From Planctomycetota bacterium (lineage in GTDB: Bacteria > Planctomycetota > SZUA-567 > H5-PLA8), in the NCBI GenBank assembly GCA_038227875.1, contig JBBRPR010000018.1, positions 32,001-96,000 on the forward strand: 64,000 bases of DNA, in the 5' to 3' direction. Made by a program: the position numbers and the translations under genes. The notes beneath the pieces are model-generated. The model saw only the letters and a program-made list of their open reading frames with translations. It had not been told where the DNA came from and ran no database searches. Below are positions 40,890-53,418 of this stretch, one piece after another (position 1 is the stretch's first letter; each line of letters starts with the position of its first letter).

Positions 40890-41155
40890 AATGAACTCCG
40901 AGAAAATACGCGTGTATTAGAAGGGAGCGGAGTCGGTAGTTCAATAGATTTCCGCAGAACTACTCATTGGATTCCCCTACATTTGCACGAAGTTCCTGGA
41001 ACGAATGGTCGCCTGCACTTTTTTAGTGAAATTCATGGCCCTGAATCGTGACGCGCGCGTTTCACGGCTATCCCTTGACACGGCGCAAGAACTCCCGAAA
41101 CTACGTGCAGCGTGATTTGTCGTTACGGCAGGATTACCACGGAGTGCATCTCATC

Positions 41156-43291
<2,136 letters not shown>

Positions 43292-43306
43292 GGGCCTTGC
43301 GGCCCC

Positions 43307-43341
43307 AGGGGTCAGGGGCCAGGGGCCAGGGGTCAGGGGTC
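43307..43341. repeat. Heptamer tandem repeat (AGGGGYC) x5
   Basis: Same unit as at 40156, located after a small GGGGCC/GGCCCC hairpin. Confidence 0.85.
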
Positions 43342-43519
43342 AGAACGGCAACGGCAGAACGGAAGAGCAGCGGTAGCGAGAGACTGGTGCCACTGGCACG
43401 GACGAATCAGAGCGTAGCGAAGATTCGGCCTTGCCAGTGCGATTGCAGTGGAATCAAGTTCAGGTCAAAGCATACACCCAAGGTTGAAGAGTTCCTCAGT
43501 CCTTCCGTTTGGGGTTCCC

Positions 43520-45067
43520 ATGGCAGACGTGCCGCAGCCGCGTGACAGTTCATCCGGGCCGACGCGGCCTTCGGCGGCGGCACGACTGCCGTTGTCTTCC
43601 AGCAAAGGCGACAAGACGCCGAGCGGTGATTTCCTTCCTCCGCCGCAGGTCAATTTCATCGGGCGCACGCTCGGTCAGTACGAACTGCAGGAGAAGATCG
43701 GCCAGGGCGGCATGGGCATGGTCTTCAAGGCGCTGGACACGGCGCTGGAACGCACCGTTGCGCTGAAGGTGCTGTTCGTCAATCCGCTCGACGACCCGCG
43801 GCAGGCGGAACGGTTCCTGCGCGAGGCCCGCAGTCTCGCGCGGCTGAATCATCCGAATCTGCTGCACGTTTACAACGTCGGCTCGGAGAGCGACTGCTAT
43901 TTCTTCGCGATGGAACTGCTGCACGGAATGACGCTCTCGCAGGCGATCCGCGGACGCGGGAAGATTCCGGCGGAGGAATTCGTGCCGGCGATTGGGCAGA
44001 TCCTGTCGGCGCTGCAGTACGTTCACGAACAGGGCGTCACGCACCGCGACATCAAGAGCGGCAACATCATGCTTTGCGAAAACCGTGCGGTGCTGATGGA
44101 CTTCGGGCTGGCGAAGGACGAGCATTTTTCGGGACTCACCAGCGTCGGCGCGGTGATGGGCACGCCCGATTACATGTCGCCGGAAGCGGCCGAAGGTTTG
44201 TCCGAAGGCCCGCCAACCGATCTGTACAGCCTCGGCGTCGTCACGTTCGAATCGCTCTGCGGGCGGCTGCCATTCGTGGGACGCTCGGCGCTCTCGATCA
44301 TCCGGCAGCACGTGGATGCGCCGCCGCCGTCGCTGGCGGAATTCAATCCGCACATCGACCCGCTGCTAGCCGGGATCGTCCACAAGTTGCTTCAGAAGAA
44401 TCCGGCCGACCGCTATCCGCATTGCCCCGCCCTGGCCGCGGACCTGAAGCGGTTTCTTCCGTCGCCTGAATTGAATCTGCTTGCGGAGCGCAAAGGACTG
44501 ATCGCGGCCAAGCCGGTAAAAGGCACCGGGACGTTCCAGCCGGTCACAAGCAAGCATGCGCCCGTGAATCCTAACGAGCCGACGGTGACGCACGCAATGA
44601 ACGCCGAAGCGGGCTCGGGCACGATCGCCGATGGCGGCGTGCCAGAGAGCGGCTTCGCCGATGCGGCGACGGTGATCCAGTCTCAGCCACGCGTGGTGCC
44701 GGCGGCGTCGATCAGCTTTTCGAAAGTGAAGCCAATCAGCGGCTGGCCGTGGTGGGTTTCCGGCGCGGTCGGGTTCTTTGGCGTGCTGGCGATCGTCTTC
44801 GTGATCGCGATGCTCGCGCAGCGCAACAAGCGCCGTGAAGAAAATGCGCCGTGGCCGGGGCAACTCGCGCTGCACAAGAAGGCTGACGGGACGACCGAAG
44901 AGATTCGCTGGGTCGAATTCAAGACCGGCGACCCCGATCCGGCCAAGTGGCAGGACGTGATTGAGCGCAAGAAAGCCGACGGCTCGTGGGAACGCGCGAC
45001 CGTGCTGCATTCGGAGTTCGCGGGCAAGAGCGATACGCTGGAATTTATGCAGGGCGAGAAGAAGTAG
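43520..45067 (+). CDS. Membrane-anchored Ser/Thr protein kinase
   Basis: GQGGMG, VALK, HRDIKSGN, DFG and GTPDYMSPE, plus one TM and a small C-terminal domain. Confidence 0.93.
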   Translation: MADVPQPRDSSSGPTRPSAAARLPLSSSKGDKTPSGDFLPPPQVNFIGRTLGQYELQEKIGQGGMGMVFKALDTALERTVALKVLFVNPLDDPRQAERFLREARSLARLNHPNLLHVYNVGSESDCYFFAMELLHGMTLSQAIRGRGKIPAEEFVPAIGQILSALQYVHEQGVTHRDIKSGNIMLCENRAVLMDFGLAKDEHFSGLTSVGAVMGTPDYMSPEAAEGLSEGPPTDLYSLGVVTFESLCGRLPFVGRSALSIIRQHVDAPPPSLAEFNPHIDPLLAGIVHKLLQKNPADRYPHCPALAADLKRFLPSPELNLLAERKGLIAAKPVKGTGTFQPVTSKHAPVNPNEPTVTHAMNAEAGSGTIADGGVPESGFADAATVIQSQPRVVPAASISFSKVKPISGWPWWVSGAVGFFGVLAIVFVIAMLAQRNKRREENAPWPGQLALHKKADGTTEEIRWVEFKTGDPDPAKWQDVIERKKADGSWERATVLHSEFAGKSDTLEFMQGEKK

Positions 45068-45134
45068 AACATCTTCCATTTTCAATTTGAACGGCATCGT
45101 GACCGATCAATCGCCCCGCGGGTTTTGAAGGATC

Positions 45135-45983
45135 ATGGATGCTCCGCGCGAAAAGCCGAAGATGACGCGCCGCAGGTTTTTGAAACTGCTGGGCATTGGC
45201 GGCGCCGCCACCGCCGTGGTGGGTACGGGTTATTCGGCAGTCGAAGCGTGCTGGATCAACGACACGTTTGAGACGGTCACGATTCCGCGGCTACCGTCTG
45301 CGTTTAAAGGACTGCGCGTCGCGTTTCTGACCGACATCCACCACGGACCGTTTACGTGGCTCTCGTATGTCAAAGCCATCGTCGCGCGCACCAATGCGCT
45401 CAAGCCGGACGTGATTGTGCTGGGTGGCGATTACATTCATACCGACGCCAAGTACATCGCGCCGGTGTTTGAAACGCTGGGTTCGCTGTCGGCGCCGCTT
45501 GGCGTGTATGGCGTGCTGGGCAATCACGATCATTACCACGGCGCGGCCGAATGCAGCGCCGCGATGAGCGCGGCAGGACTCGTAGAGTTGACGAATTCCG
45601 GCGTCTGGCTGAAGAAGGCCGGACAGCGCTTCCGTATCGCGGGGCTCGGCGACTACTGGGAGGACATCCAGGATCTCGACGCGGCGCTGGACGATTGCCG
45701 CAGCGAAGAGACGTGCCTGCTGCTGAGCCACAATCCGGACCCGATCGAAGACATCACCGATGGTCGCGTCGGTTTGATGCTCTCCGGGCACACGCATGGC
45801 GGACAGGTTGTGCTGCCACTGGTGGGTCCGCCGTACATTCCATCACAATACGGCCGGAAATATATGCGTGGCTTTGTCGCGACGCCGACGTCGCAAGTGT
45901 TTGTCTCGCGCGGTCTGGGCACGATTACACCGCCGCTGCGGTTCAGCTGCCGGCCGGAGATTAATCTCCTCACGCTTATCTAA
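45135..45983 (+). CDS. Tat-exported metallophosphoesterase (YkuE-like)
   Basis: TRRRFLK; DIH, GGD, GNHD, SHNPD and SGHTHGGQ. Confidence 0.9.
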   Translation: MDAPREKPKMTRRRFLKLLGIGGAATAVVGTGYSAVEACWINDTFETVTIPRLPSAFKGLRVAFLTDIHHGPFTWLSYVKAIVARTNALKPDVIVLGGDYIHTDAKYIAPVFETLGSLSAPLGVYGVLGNHDHYHGAAECSAAMSAAGLVELTNSGVWLKKAGQRFRIAGLGDYWEDIQDLDAALDDCRSEETCLLLSHNPDPIEDITDGRVGLMLSGHTHGGQVVLPLVGPPYIPSQYGRKYMRGFVATPTSQVFVSRGLGTITPPLRFSCRPEINLLTLI

Positions 45984-46075
45984 CGGAAAATGGCAACAAT
46001 TCCGCCGTTTCCACCGATTGCACACGTCTACTCAACACGCTATTGTACGAGCAACAAATCCGCCTGAGGAGCGCT

Positions 46076-48988
46076 GTGGTTAACGTGCGCAACATCCTGA
46101 CGCTCTGCCTGTTCCCTTTCCTGATACTGTCGATCACGCCCGTTCGCGCGGAAGAGCCGCCGCCTGCGGAAACGGTGCCGCTTCCGGCGGAGCGGCCGAA
46201 AACGCCGACGCCTGAGGCTGATCCGGCGGCCAAGCATGGCGACGATTCTGAAGCGCCGCAGCTCACGATCGAAACGCCGGTCGTGGCCACGGGCAAAAAC
46301 GCGGTGTTCAGCCTCTACGGTCCGGAAGTGTATCTGCACGGCGCGACGGCCAAATACGTACTGCGCGACGAGTACGGTCGGCAACTCAGCGGCGGCGTGC
46401 TGCGCGTGGCGGACCTTCCGGTCAATGAGGGCAAGCCGCGGCAGATTGAGCTACCGGTTGAACATCCGCTCGCGCGCGGTCACACGTTGACGCTGACGTT
46501 GACGGGCACCGATGACAAGGTGGTGGAACTCAACGCACCATTTTCGGTGCAGCAGCCTCCACGCGCCTGGGATGGGTGGCTCAATCTGGTCTCCACGCCG
46601 CCGGCGAATGGGAATTGGGACGCGCTGCGCACGTTGAACATCGACGGCGGCGTGCAGTACCGCATCCACCCCGCCCGCCGTGAAGCGCTGCGAAAAGGCC
46701 AGTGCGTTTTCTACGTCGAGAACGTCTCGCGCCAGATGCTCTCGCGCTACCACACTGAGGCGGGCCTCTGGGAGAAGACACTCAACGCCGTCGTGGCCGA
46801 GCCTGGCAATCGCGCGGCGCGCTACCGCGAGCCGTCGCTTTGCTCCCAGGAATTTGCCGAATCGTTCGCAAAGGAATTGAAGCGCCACGGCGAAAGCTAC
46901 GCCAAGGATCCGCCGCTCTTTTACTCGTTGGCATCGGAACCGTCCGCGACACGACTGGCCTGCGCGGCCGACTTCGATTTCAGCCCCGTCGCGCTGACGG
47001 AATTTCAACGCTGGCTGGAACGCGATGTCTACGGCACGCTCCCGGCTCTCAATACATCGTGGGGCACCAGCTTCGGCGCGTGGAACGAAGTCCAGCCGAT
47101 GACCACCGACGAGGCGCGCTTCCGGCTTACGGATGGCGTAATGAGCTTCGCGCCGTGGACGGATTTTCGTGAATTTCAGGACCACCAGTTCGCCAAAATT
47201 CTGCGCGACGGGGGCGATTATCTGCGGCGCTACGACAGTACGGCAAAGACCGGCATCACCGGCGCGATGGGGCCGTTCGCGTTCGGCGGCTGGGATTGGT
47301 CGCGGCTTTCGAGCGCGCTGGACGTGGTCGAATGCTACGACATCGGCGGCGCGCGGTCGCTCTGGCGCGATCTGGCGCCGGGCAAACCGGCGCTGGCGAT
47401 GGTGCCGGTTCCCGGGCCGGCGGACGATAAACCCGAGATGCTCGCGGAGACCACGCGCACGCTCTGGAATCTGGCGCTCGAAGGTGGCTCGCGCGGTGTG
47501 GTGCTGTGGGATAGCGGCGCGGATTCCAATCGCACTGTCAGCGGACTGATCGATACCGAAGGCAGGGCGACGGCGGCTGCGCAGGCGCTGAGCACGCAGC
47601 TCAAGACGCTGAGCGGCGAAACCGGAACGATTCTCGCCAACGTCCATCGCCTGGATGATGGCGTCGGCATTCTGTATTCGCCGTCGAGCATCCGCGTGAC
47701 GTGGCTGCTGGAGGCCGAGCGCCTGCACGGCAACAAGTGGCTGGAGAGCTGGGGCCGCGACAGCAGCGCGGAGCGCCGAGAATCGCCGCAACTTCGGCTG
47801 CGCGAGAGCTGGTGCAAGCTGCTCGATGATGCGGGCATCGCATGGCGTTTTGTCTCGTCAGCGCAGTTGGAAAAGAAAGAGTTTCTCAAGAAGGATTTCG
47901 GCATCAAGACACTGATCCTGCCGCGCACGCTTTGCATCTCCGACCTTGAAGTCGACACGTTGAAGCAATTCGTTCAAAACGGCGGGCATCTGGTCGCGGA
48001 CGCCTGTTGCGGCCACTTCGACGAGCACGGCCGCACGCGCAAGAAGCCAGCGCTCGACGAGATTTTTGGCGTGGATACGTCCGGCGAACCGTTGGCCGCG
48101 GAGCCCATGAATCCGCTGGAGGTGTTGAAGGCGCCGCAGGATTGGAAAGCTGACGAGATCAAGGACCTGGCGCCGGTATTCTCCGACAAGGTGAAGCCTG
48201 CCGGAAAATTCACATTTAACGGCGACTACCGCGGCGCGCCGTACCTCGCCGCGACGGGAAACGCCGTGTTTTTGAATCTCGATCTGACCGATTACCTGCG
48301 CTGGCGTCTCCACCCCGACCTGCCACGCGCTGCGGTCACGCGCGATGCCGTGGTGCGCGCGGCGCTGCAGGACCGCCGCAACGAATGGATCGACGCGGCG
48401 GCGACGAAGCTGCCCGTGGGTACGCGGTTGGTGTGGCTGGGAACGGGCGGAGCTTCGCCGGCGAAGATTCTTGCGCTGATACGCAACCCTCAGGCACGCG
48501 TCAATGAACTCGGCACAGAAAAAGAAGGCAACTGGGCGTTCGAGAAGCCCGAGCCGTTCACGCTGGTGCTCAAGAACGAGATGATCGCGCGTCATCTTTA
48601 TCCAGCCGCAGCAGCCGACGCCGACAAAGCTCCCGTGAAAAAGATCGAAGGCACGCTCGAACCGTCTGCGCCCTTCATTGTCGCGCTGAGCCCTGCGGCC
48701 GTTGCTGCGCCCACACTGTCGCTCACCGAGAAGGCTGCGCCCGGTGCGCCGATCGAGATTAAGATCGCTGCGGCTGTGGCCGGCCCGCACATCTACACCG
48801 TCCGCATTGCCGGCCCCGACGGCGCCGATCGCCCCTTCTATAGCGTCACGCTGCCGACGCTCGATGGCCAGGCATTGCGCACGCTGGTCACAGCGCAGAA
48901 CGATGCTCCGGGGGCGTGGGTGGTTACGGTGCGCGATATTATTGGCGGGGCGGAGGCGACAAAGAATTTCACGTTAACACCGCCGTAG
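46076..48988 (+). CDS. Secreted GH42/beta-galactosidase-like protein
   Basis: Signal peptide, 'FQRWL...YGTLPALNTSWGT.F..W' and a trimerisation-domain-like 'LILP....S.....LKQFVQNGG.LVAD'. Confidence 0.65.
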   Translation: MVNVRNILTLCLFPFLILSITPVRAEEPPPAETVPLPAERPKTPTPEADPAAKHGDDSEAPQLTIETPVVATGKNAVFSLYGPEVYLHGATAKYVLRDEYGRQLSGGVLRVADLPVNEGKPRQIELPVEHPLARGHTLTLTLTGTDDKVVELNAPFSVQQPPRAWDGWLNLVSTPPANGNWDALRTLNIDGGVQYRIHPARREALRKGQCVFYVENVSRQMLSRYHTEAGLWEKTLNAVVAEPGNRAARYREPSLCSQEFAESFAKELKRHGESYAKDPPLFYSLASEPSATRLACAADFDFSPVALTEFQRWLERDVYGTLPALNTSWGTSFGAWNEVQPMTTDEARFRLTDGVMSFAPWTDFREFQDHQFAKILRDGGDYLRRYDSTAKTGITGAMGPFAFGGWDWSRLSSALDVVECYDIGGARSLWRDLAPGKPALAMVPVPGPADDKPEMLAETTRTLWNLALEGGSRGVVLWDSGADSNRTVSGLIDTEGRATAAAQALSTQLKTLSGETGTILANVHRLDDGVGILYSPSSIRVTWLLEAERLHGNKWLESWGRDSSAERRESPQLRLRESWCKLLDDAGIAWRFVSSAQLEKKEFLKKDFGIKTLILPRTLCISDLEVDTLKQFVQNGGHLVADACCGHFDEHGRTRKKPALDEIFGVDTSGEPLAAEPMNPLEVLKAPQDWKADEIKDLAPVFSDKVKPAGKFTFNGDYRGAPYLAATGNAVFLNLDLTDYLRWRLHPDLPRAAVTRDAVVRAALQDRRNEWIDAAATKLPVGTRLVWLGTGGASPAKILALIRNPQARVNELGTEKEGNWAFEKPEPFTLVLKNEMIARHLYPAAAADADKAPVKKIEGTLEPSAPFIVALSPAAVAAPTLSLTEKAAPGAPIEIKIAAAVAGPHIYTVRIAGPDGADRPFYSVTLPTLDGQALRTLVTAQNDAPGAWVVTVRDIIGGAEATKNFTLTPP

Positions 48989-49013
48989 CGCAGCTGGAGT
49001 GCGCATCCGCTAT

Positions 49014-49036
49014 TGCAGGCGGGACGCCTGCACCAC
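49014..49036 (-). repeat. REP-like palindrome
   Basis: Minus strand GTGG-TGCAGGCG-TCC-CGCCTGCA. A related sequence lies at 5941-5966. Confidence 0.5.
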
Positions 49037-49108
49037 AATAATCCCACGTTGGCATCATTATCTCTCTTTGATATACTCTGGATACATTCAACGAGAGGCC
49101 GTGAACCG

Positions 49109-50578
49109 ATGTCGCAAGTCACCATTGTACCCGATCCGTCCGTGACGCTGCCCGCGCTGAAGGGCGAACGCACCGGCAAGCCTGATTTTGCCAGCGTCGA
49201 CTTCAACCGCGCGCCGTTCATCGTCATCTGGGAAGTCACGCGCGCGTGCGATCTCCGCTGTGTGCACTGCCGCGCCGAAGCGATCGTGCAGCGCCATCCG
49301 CTCGAATTGAATTTCAAAGAGAGCTGCAAGCTCATCGACCAGATTCGGGAATTTGGCAAGCCTCTGTTTGTGCTGACCGGCGGCGACCCGCTCAAGCGTC
49401 CCGACATTTACGACCTGATCAAGTACGGCGATCAGAAAGGCCTGCGCGTCGCACTGACGCCATCGGGCACGCAGTTGATGCAGCCACCGGTGATCGCGAA
49501 ATTCAAGCAGTGCGGTCTCTCGCGACTGGCCGTGTCGCTCGACGGTTCCTGCCCGGAGATCCACGACACGTTCCGCAAGGTCGACGGCTCGTTCGCGTGG
49601 ACGGTGGAATCGATCAAGGAAGCGCGGCGCAACGACATTCCGGTGCAGATCAACACGACCGTCTGCAAACACAATCTGAAGGACGTGCAGGCCATCGCCG
49701 AATTGCTGGCGACACTCGACATCTGTCTCTGGTCGGTCTTCTTCCTCGTGCCCACCGGCCGCGGACTGCGCAGCGACATTGTCAGCGCGCGCGATCACGA
49801 AGATGTGTTCAATCAGCTTTACGATCTGAGCAAGACGATGCCGTACGACATCAAGACGACCGCCGCGCAGCATTACCGCCGCGTGGTTGTGCAACGCCGC
49901 CGCCAGGAGATCGCGGAGCTCGTTGCGCAAGGCAAGACACCCGACGAAGCGGCGCGCGCGGTGCAACTCAATTCCGTGCCCACGGCGATTCCCGGCTACA
50001 ACTACGAACCTGGCGGCTGGTCGTCAACGTCCAGCGGCGCCAACAGCCCCGACGCCAAGGGCGCTCCGCCTCGCGCGACGGGCGAAGACGCGGGCGCGCT
50101 GAAGGCCAAAATCGAACGCATGCGCGCCGGCGGCGCTCCTGAGTTCGTCATCGCCAAGCTCGAAGCGCAGTTGTACTCGGCGGAGGGTAAAGGCGCTGAC
50201 GGTGCCAGCGCGCCGATCGAATTCTTAACGCGCCAGGACACGGCTCGATCCGATGCGGCGCTGGACATCGGCCGCGCGTCGAAAGGCGTCAACGACGGTA
50301 ACGGCTTCGTTTTCATCGACCACATCGGCCTGGTTTATCCGAGCGGATTTCTGCCGCTGGTCGTGGGCGACGTGCGCAAGCAAAGCCTCGTCGACATCTA
50401 CCGCGACAGCCCGATCATGCGCCAGTTGCGCGACTACCCGACGCTCAAGGGAAAATGCAGCTGGTGCGACTTCCGTGACATCTGCGGCGGGTCGCGCAGC
50501 CGTTCGTTCGGCGTCACCGGCGATTACCTCGCTAGCGAGCCGTATTGCAGTTACTTCCCACAAAAACCCAAACAGTAG
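49109..50578 (+). CDS. Radical SAM/SPASM protein (NirJ/AhbD-like, TIGR04053-like)
   Basis: CDLRCVHC, TGGDP, 'VYPSGFLP' and 'KCSWC.F..ICGGSRSR...EPYC'. Confidence 0.85.
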   Translation: MSQVTIVPDPSVTLPALKGERTGKPDFASVDFNRAPFIVIWEVTRACDLRCVHCRAEAIVQRHPLELNFKESCKLIDQIREFGKPLFVLTGGDPLKRPDIYDLIKYGDQKGLRVALTPSGTQLMQPPVIAKFKQCGLSRLAVSLDGSCPEIHDTFRKVDGSFAWTVESIKEARRNDIPVQINTTVCKHNLKDVQAIAELLATLDICLWSVFFLVPTGRGLRSDIVSARDHEDVFNQLYDLSKTMPYDIKTTAAQHYRRVVVQRRRQEIAELVAQGKTPDEAARAVQLNSVPTAIPGYNYEPGGWSSTSSGANSPDAKGAPPRATGEDAGALKAKIERMRAGGAPEFVIAKLEAQLYSAEGKGADGASAPIEFLTRQDTARSDAALDIGRASKGVNDGNGFVFIDHIGLVYPSGFLPLVVGDVRKQSLVDIYRDSPIMRQLRDYPTLKGKCSWCDFRDICGGSRSRSFGVTGDYLASEPYCSYFPQKPKQ

Positions 50579-50614
50579 AGGCAGGGACCAAGGGATCAGG
50601 GGTCAGTGAACAAA

Positions 50615-50642
50615 CTCGCCGCGCTTGCGGCGAGCTTTTTTT
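50615..50642 (+). terminator. Intrinsic terminator
   Basis: CTCGCCGC-GCTT-GCGGCGAG-CTTTTTTT. Confidence 0.8.
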
Positions 50643-50795
50643 GACTACGATCGTTCGCAAGGGCTCCGAATTCGTACGAATTTTCGGCAGTGGTGCTTCC
50701 GTCCTGGAGCTTCTTGTTGTTGACGCAACCCGGACCGAGGGGCCAGGCCACCCCTCGCGGGTCTATCGTTCATCACTCATCTTCATCGTTCTAAT

Positions 50796-51848
50796 TTACT
50801 CGTAGCCGTATTTCCGGGTGTGCGCTTCCTCGAGGTATTTGGCCAGCAGGGCGATCGTGGCTTCGATGTCGCCGACGTGGGCCATTTCGTTGACGGTGTG
50901 GACGTAGCGGGTCGGAATTGAGAGCGTGAAGCTGGGTACGCCGCCGCGGCTGCGCTGAATTCCACCGGCGTCGGTGCCGCCGCGCGGAAGCACTTCGAGC
51001 TGGTGCTTGATCTTGTGCTTTTCGGCGATGTCGCGGAAATGGCGGACGAGCTTCGGATGACACAGCAGGGACGAATCCATGATCTTGATCGCGGTGCCGT
51101 GACCGAGCTTCGTGACGTGATCGAATTCCGCGGGACCAGGGAAATCGTTGGCGAGCGTGATGTCCAGCGCGATGCCGACGTCCGGCTGCAGCGCGAACGC
51201 GGCGGTCGTGGCGCCGCGCAGGCCCACTTCTTCCTGCGTCGTGGCGACGGCCAGGATTTCGCAATCGTGCGATTTTAAGGCACGCAGCGCTTCGATCATC
51301 ACGAAGACGCTGACGCGGTTGTCGAGCGTCTTGCTGACGATCATATCGCCGACGCGTTCGGTGGTACGGGCCATCGTGATCATGTCGCCGATTTCGACGA
51401 GGCTCCGCACCTTATCCGCGGGCAAACCGATGTCGACGTAGAGTTCCTCGATCTTCGGCGGCTTGTTCATTTCTTCGGGGGTGAGCATGTGGATCGGCTT
51501 GCTCGCGGGCATCAACGCGCCCAGGAGGCTCCGCCCGGAAAAACCGTGAACGTACACGCGCTGCGCGACCATCACGCGCGGATCCCAGCCGCCAACCGGC
51601 TGCAGGCGGATGAAGCCTTTGTCGTCAATGAATTTGACCATGAAGCCGATCTCGTCCATGTGGGCGGCGAGCATGACTTTCGGCGCGCCAGGCTTGCCAT
51701 GCTTGATGGCGATGACGCTGCCCATGGCGTCGAAGGTGATGCTATCGGTGAGGCCCTTGAGTTCCTCAACGACGACCGTTCGCATCCGTTCTTCGCGGCT
51801 GGAAATTCCGGGCGTTTCACACAATTTTTTGAGCAAATCGAAATTCAT
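50796..51848 (-). CDS. M42-family aminopeptidase
   Basis: AAHMDEIG, LDNR, QEEVGLRGA, GGTD and RYVH. Confidence 0.93.
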   Translation of the reverse strand: MNFDLLKKLCETPGISSREERMRTVVVEELKGLTDSITFDAMGSVIAIKHGKPGAPKVMLAAHMDEIGFMVKFIDDKGFIRLQPVGGWDPRVMVAQRVYVHGFSGRSLLGALMPASKPIHMLTPEEMNKPPKIEELYVDIGLPADKVRSLVEIGDMITMARTTERVGDMIVSKTLDNRVSVFVMIEALRALKSHDCEILAVATTQEEVGLRGATTAAFALQPDVGIALDITLANDFPGPAEFDHVTKLGHGTAIKIMDSSLLCHPKLVRHFRDIAEKHKIKHQLEVLPRGGTDAGGIQRSRGGVPSFTLSIPTRYVHTVNEMAHVGDIEATIALLAKYLEEAHTRKYGYE

Positions 51849-52098
51849 GCGCTTCTCCTGGGCTGTGGCAGCCCGTTGGTAACTCTTGGCCTACGCCGCG
51901 AAACGCCTTTACTGCCAGGCGTTTCACGGGAAAACTTGACGGAATCGATCTTTTACAACTGGCTGCTGCGGATGAGACGATAACTTTACAGAATCAGGGC
52001 CATTCGTCCACGTCGTGAAAAGGTGGGAGATTGCAAATGGCTCGCGCATGGCTTAAAAGTGAAACACGAGATTCCAGTAGCTGAAGCGAAAGGACATC

Positions 52099-53373
52099 AT
52101 GGCGCACGGCACGACCGAACGGACGAAAACGAAATCCCCCAGCAAACGCGCGGCTCCGGTTGAAGCTCCGCTGGAAGGCATGCCCCCGATTGACGGCGGC
52201 CGCCTGCGGCTGCTGCCGCCGTACCTCGCCAGCGCCATCAATGCTCTGAACGCCGATCTGCGCAGTCGCGGTGTCGATGTCATCGATCTGGGCATGGGCA
52301 ATCCCGTCGACGCGGTCGCCGGGAATGTCGTCGCCGCGTTGAAGGAAGCTGCCGACAAGCCGGAGAACCACCGCTACGGTCCGGCGACGGGAATCAAGCC
52401 GCTGCGCGAAGCGTTTTCACGCCATTACGCGCGGCACTACAACGTCAGTCTCGACGCCGACAAGGAAGTCATCGTCTCGATGGGTTCCAAGGACGCGTTC
52501 AGCCATCTTTGCGTCGCGATGCTGGGAGCGCAGGACGCCTGCGTGCTGCCCACCCCGGCCTACCCGCCGCATTTGTACGCGCCGCAGATTTCCGGAGCTC
52601 ACGTCGTCGGCGTGCATATGACCGAGGAACAGCCGGGCGAGAAACTGCTCGCGGATCTGCGCCGTGTTTTCGAGACGGTGCGGCCGCGGCCAAAGTTCCT
52701 CATCCTGAATTTTCCGAACAACCCCACGGCCAAGACCGTCGATCTGCCGTTCTTTGAAGAAGCGGTGGCGATGGCGCGGCACTTCAAATTCTGGCTGCTG
52801 AACGACATGGCCTACGGCCACAGCAGCTTCGACGGGTACAAAGCGCCGAGCATTCTGCAGGTGAAGGGGGCCAAAGACGTCGCGGTGGAAATGTTCACGA
52901 TGTCCAAGCCTTACAGCATGGCCGGCTGGCGCGTCGGTTTCCTGGCGGGTAACGCGGGGCTGATCGAAGCGCTGACCAAGATCAAGCCGTACTTCGATTA
53001 CGGACACTTCTTCCCGATCCAGATCGCGTCGGTGGTGGCGCTCGACACGGGCGACAAGTACATCACCGATCAGGCGATGATTTATCAGAAGCGCCGCGAT
53101 GCGCTGCTTTCGGGCCTCGAGAAGAACGGTTGGGGGCGAACGATCAAGAATCGCGCGACAATGTTCTCGTGGCAGCACGTTCCCGCGCAGTTCAAGGAGC
53201 GCGGGTCGGTGCAATTCTGCCGGGATTTGGCTGAAAACACGGGCGTCAGCTTTTTTCCGGGCGGCGGGTTCGGTTCGGAGGGCGAAGGTTTCGTCCGCAT
53301 CGCGCTGGTCGAGCCGGAAGCGCGGATTCAGGAAGCTACGAAGCGTGTAGGCAAATTCCTGAAAAACGGTTAG
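52099..53373 (+). CDS. Class I/II PLP aminotransferase (AlaC/LL-DAP aminotransferase-like)
   Basis: 'DLGMGNP', 'NFPNNPT', 'DMAY' and 'MSKPYSMAGWRVG'. Confidence 0.9.
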   Translation: MAHGTTERTKTKSPSKRAAPVEAPLEGMPPIDGGRLRLLPPYLASAINALNADLRSRGVDVIDLGMGNPVDAVAGNVVAALKEAADKPENHRYGPATGIKPLREAFSRHYARHYNVSLDADKEVIVSMGSKDAFSHLCVAMLGAQDACVLPTPAYPPHLYAPQISGAHVVGVHMTEEQPGEKLLADLRRVFETVRPRPKFLILNFPNNPTAKTVDLPFFEEAVAMARHFKFWLLNDMAYGHSSFDGYKAPSILQVKGAKDVAVEMFTMSKPYSMAGWRVGFLAGNAGLIEALTKIKPYFDYGHFFPIQIASVVALDTGDKYITDQAMIYQKRRDALLSGLEKNGWGRTIKNRATMFSWQHVPAQFKERGSVQFCRDLAENTGVSFFPGGGFGSEGEGFVRIALVEPEARIQEATKRVGKFLKNG

Positions 53374-53418
53374 CCTTTCAACCATCACCGATACGGAATT
53401 TTAGAGAACACGTTTACG

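Noticed and set aside
43393..43410. TGGCACG as a sigma54 promoter before the kinase
   Set aside because: There is no GC at the -12 position (TGGCACGGACGAATC).
49900..50260. Intein in the radical SAM protein
   Set aside because: No N-terminal Cys/Ser block and no C-terminal His-Asn.
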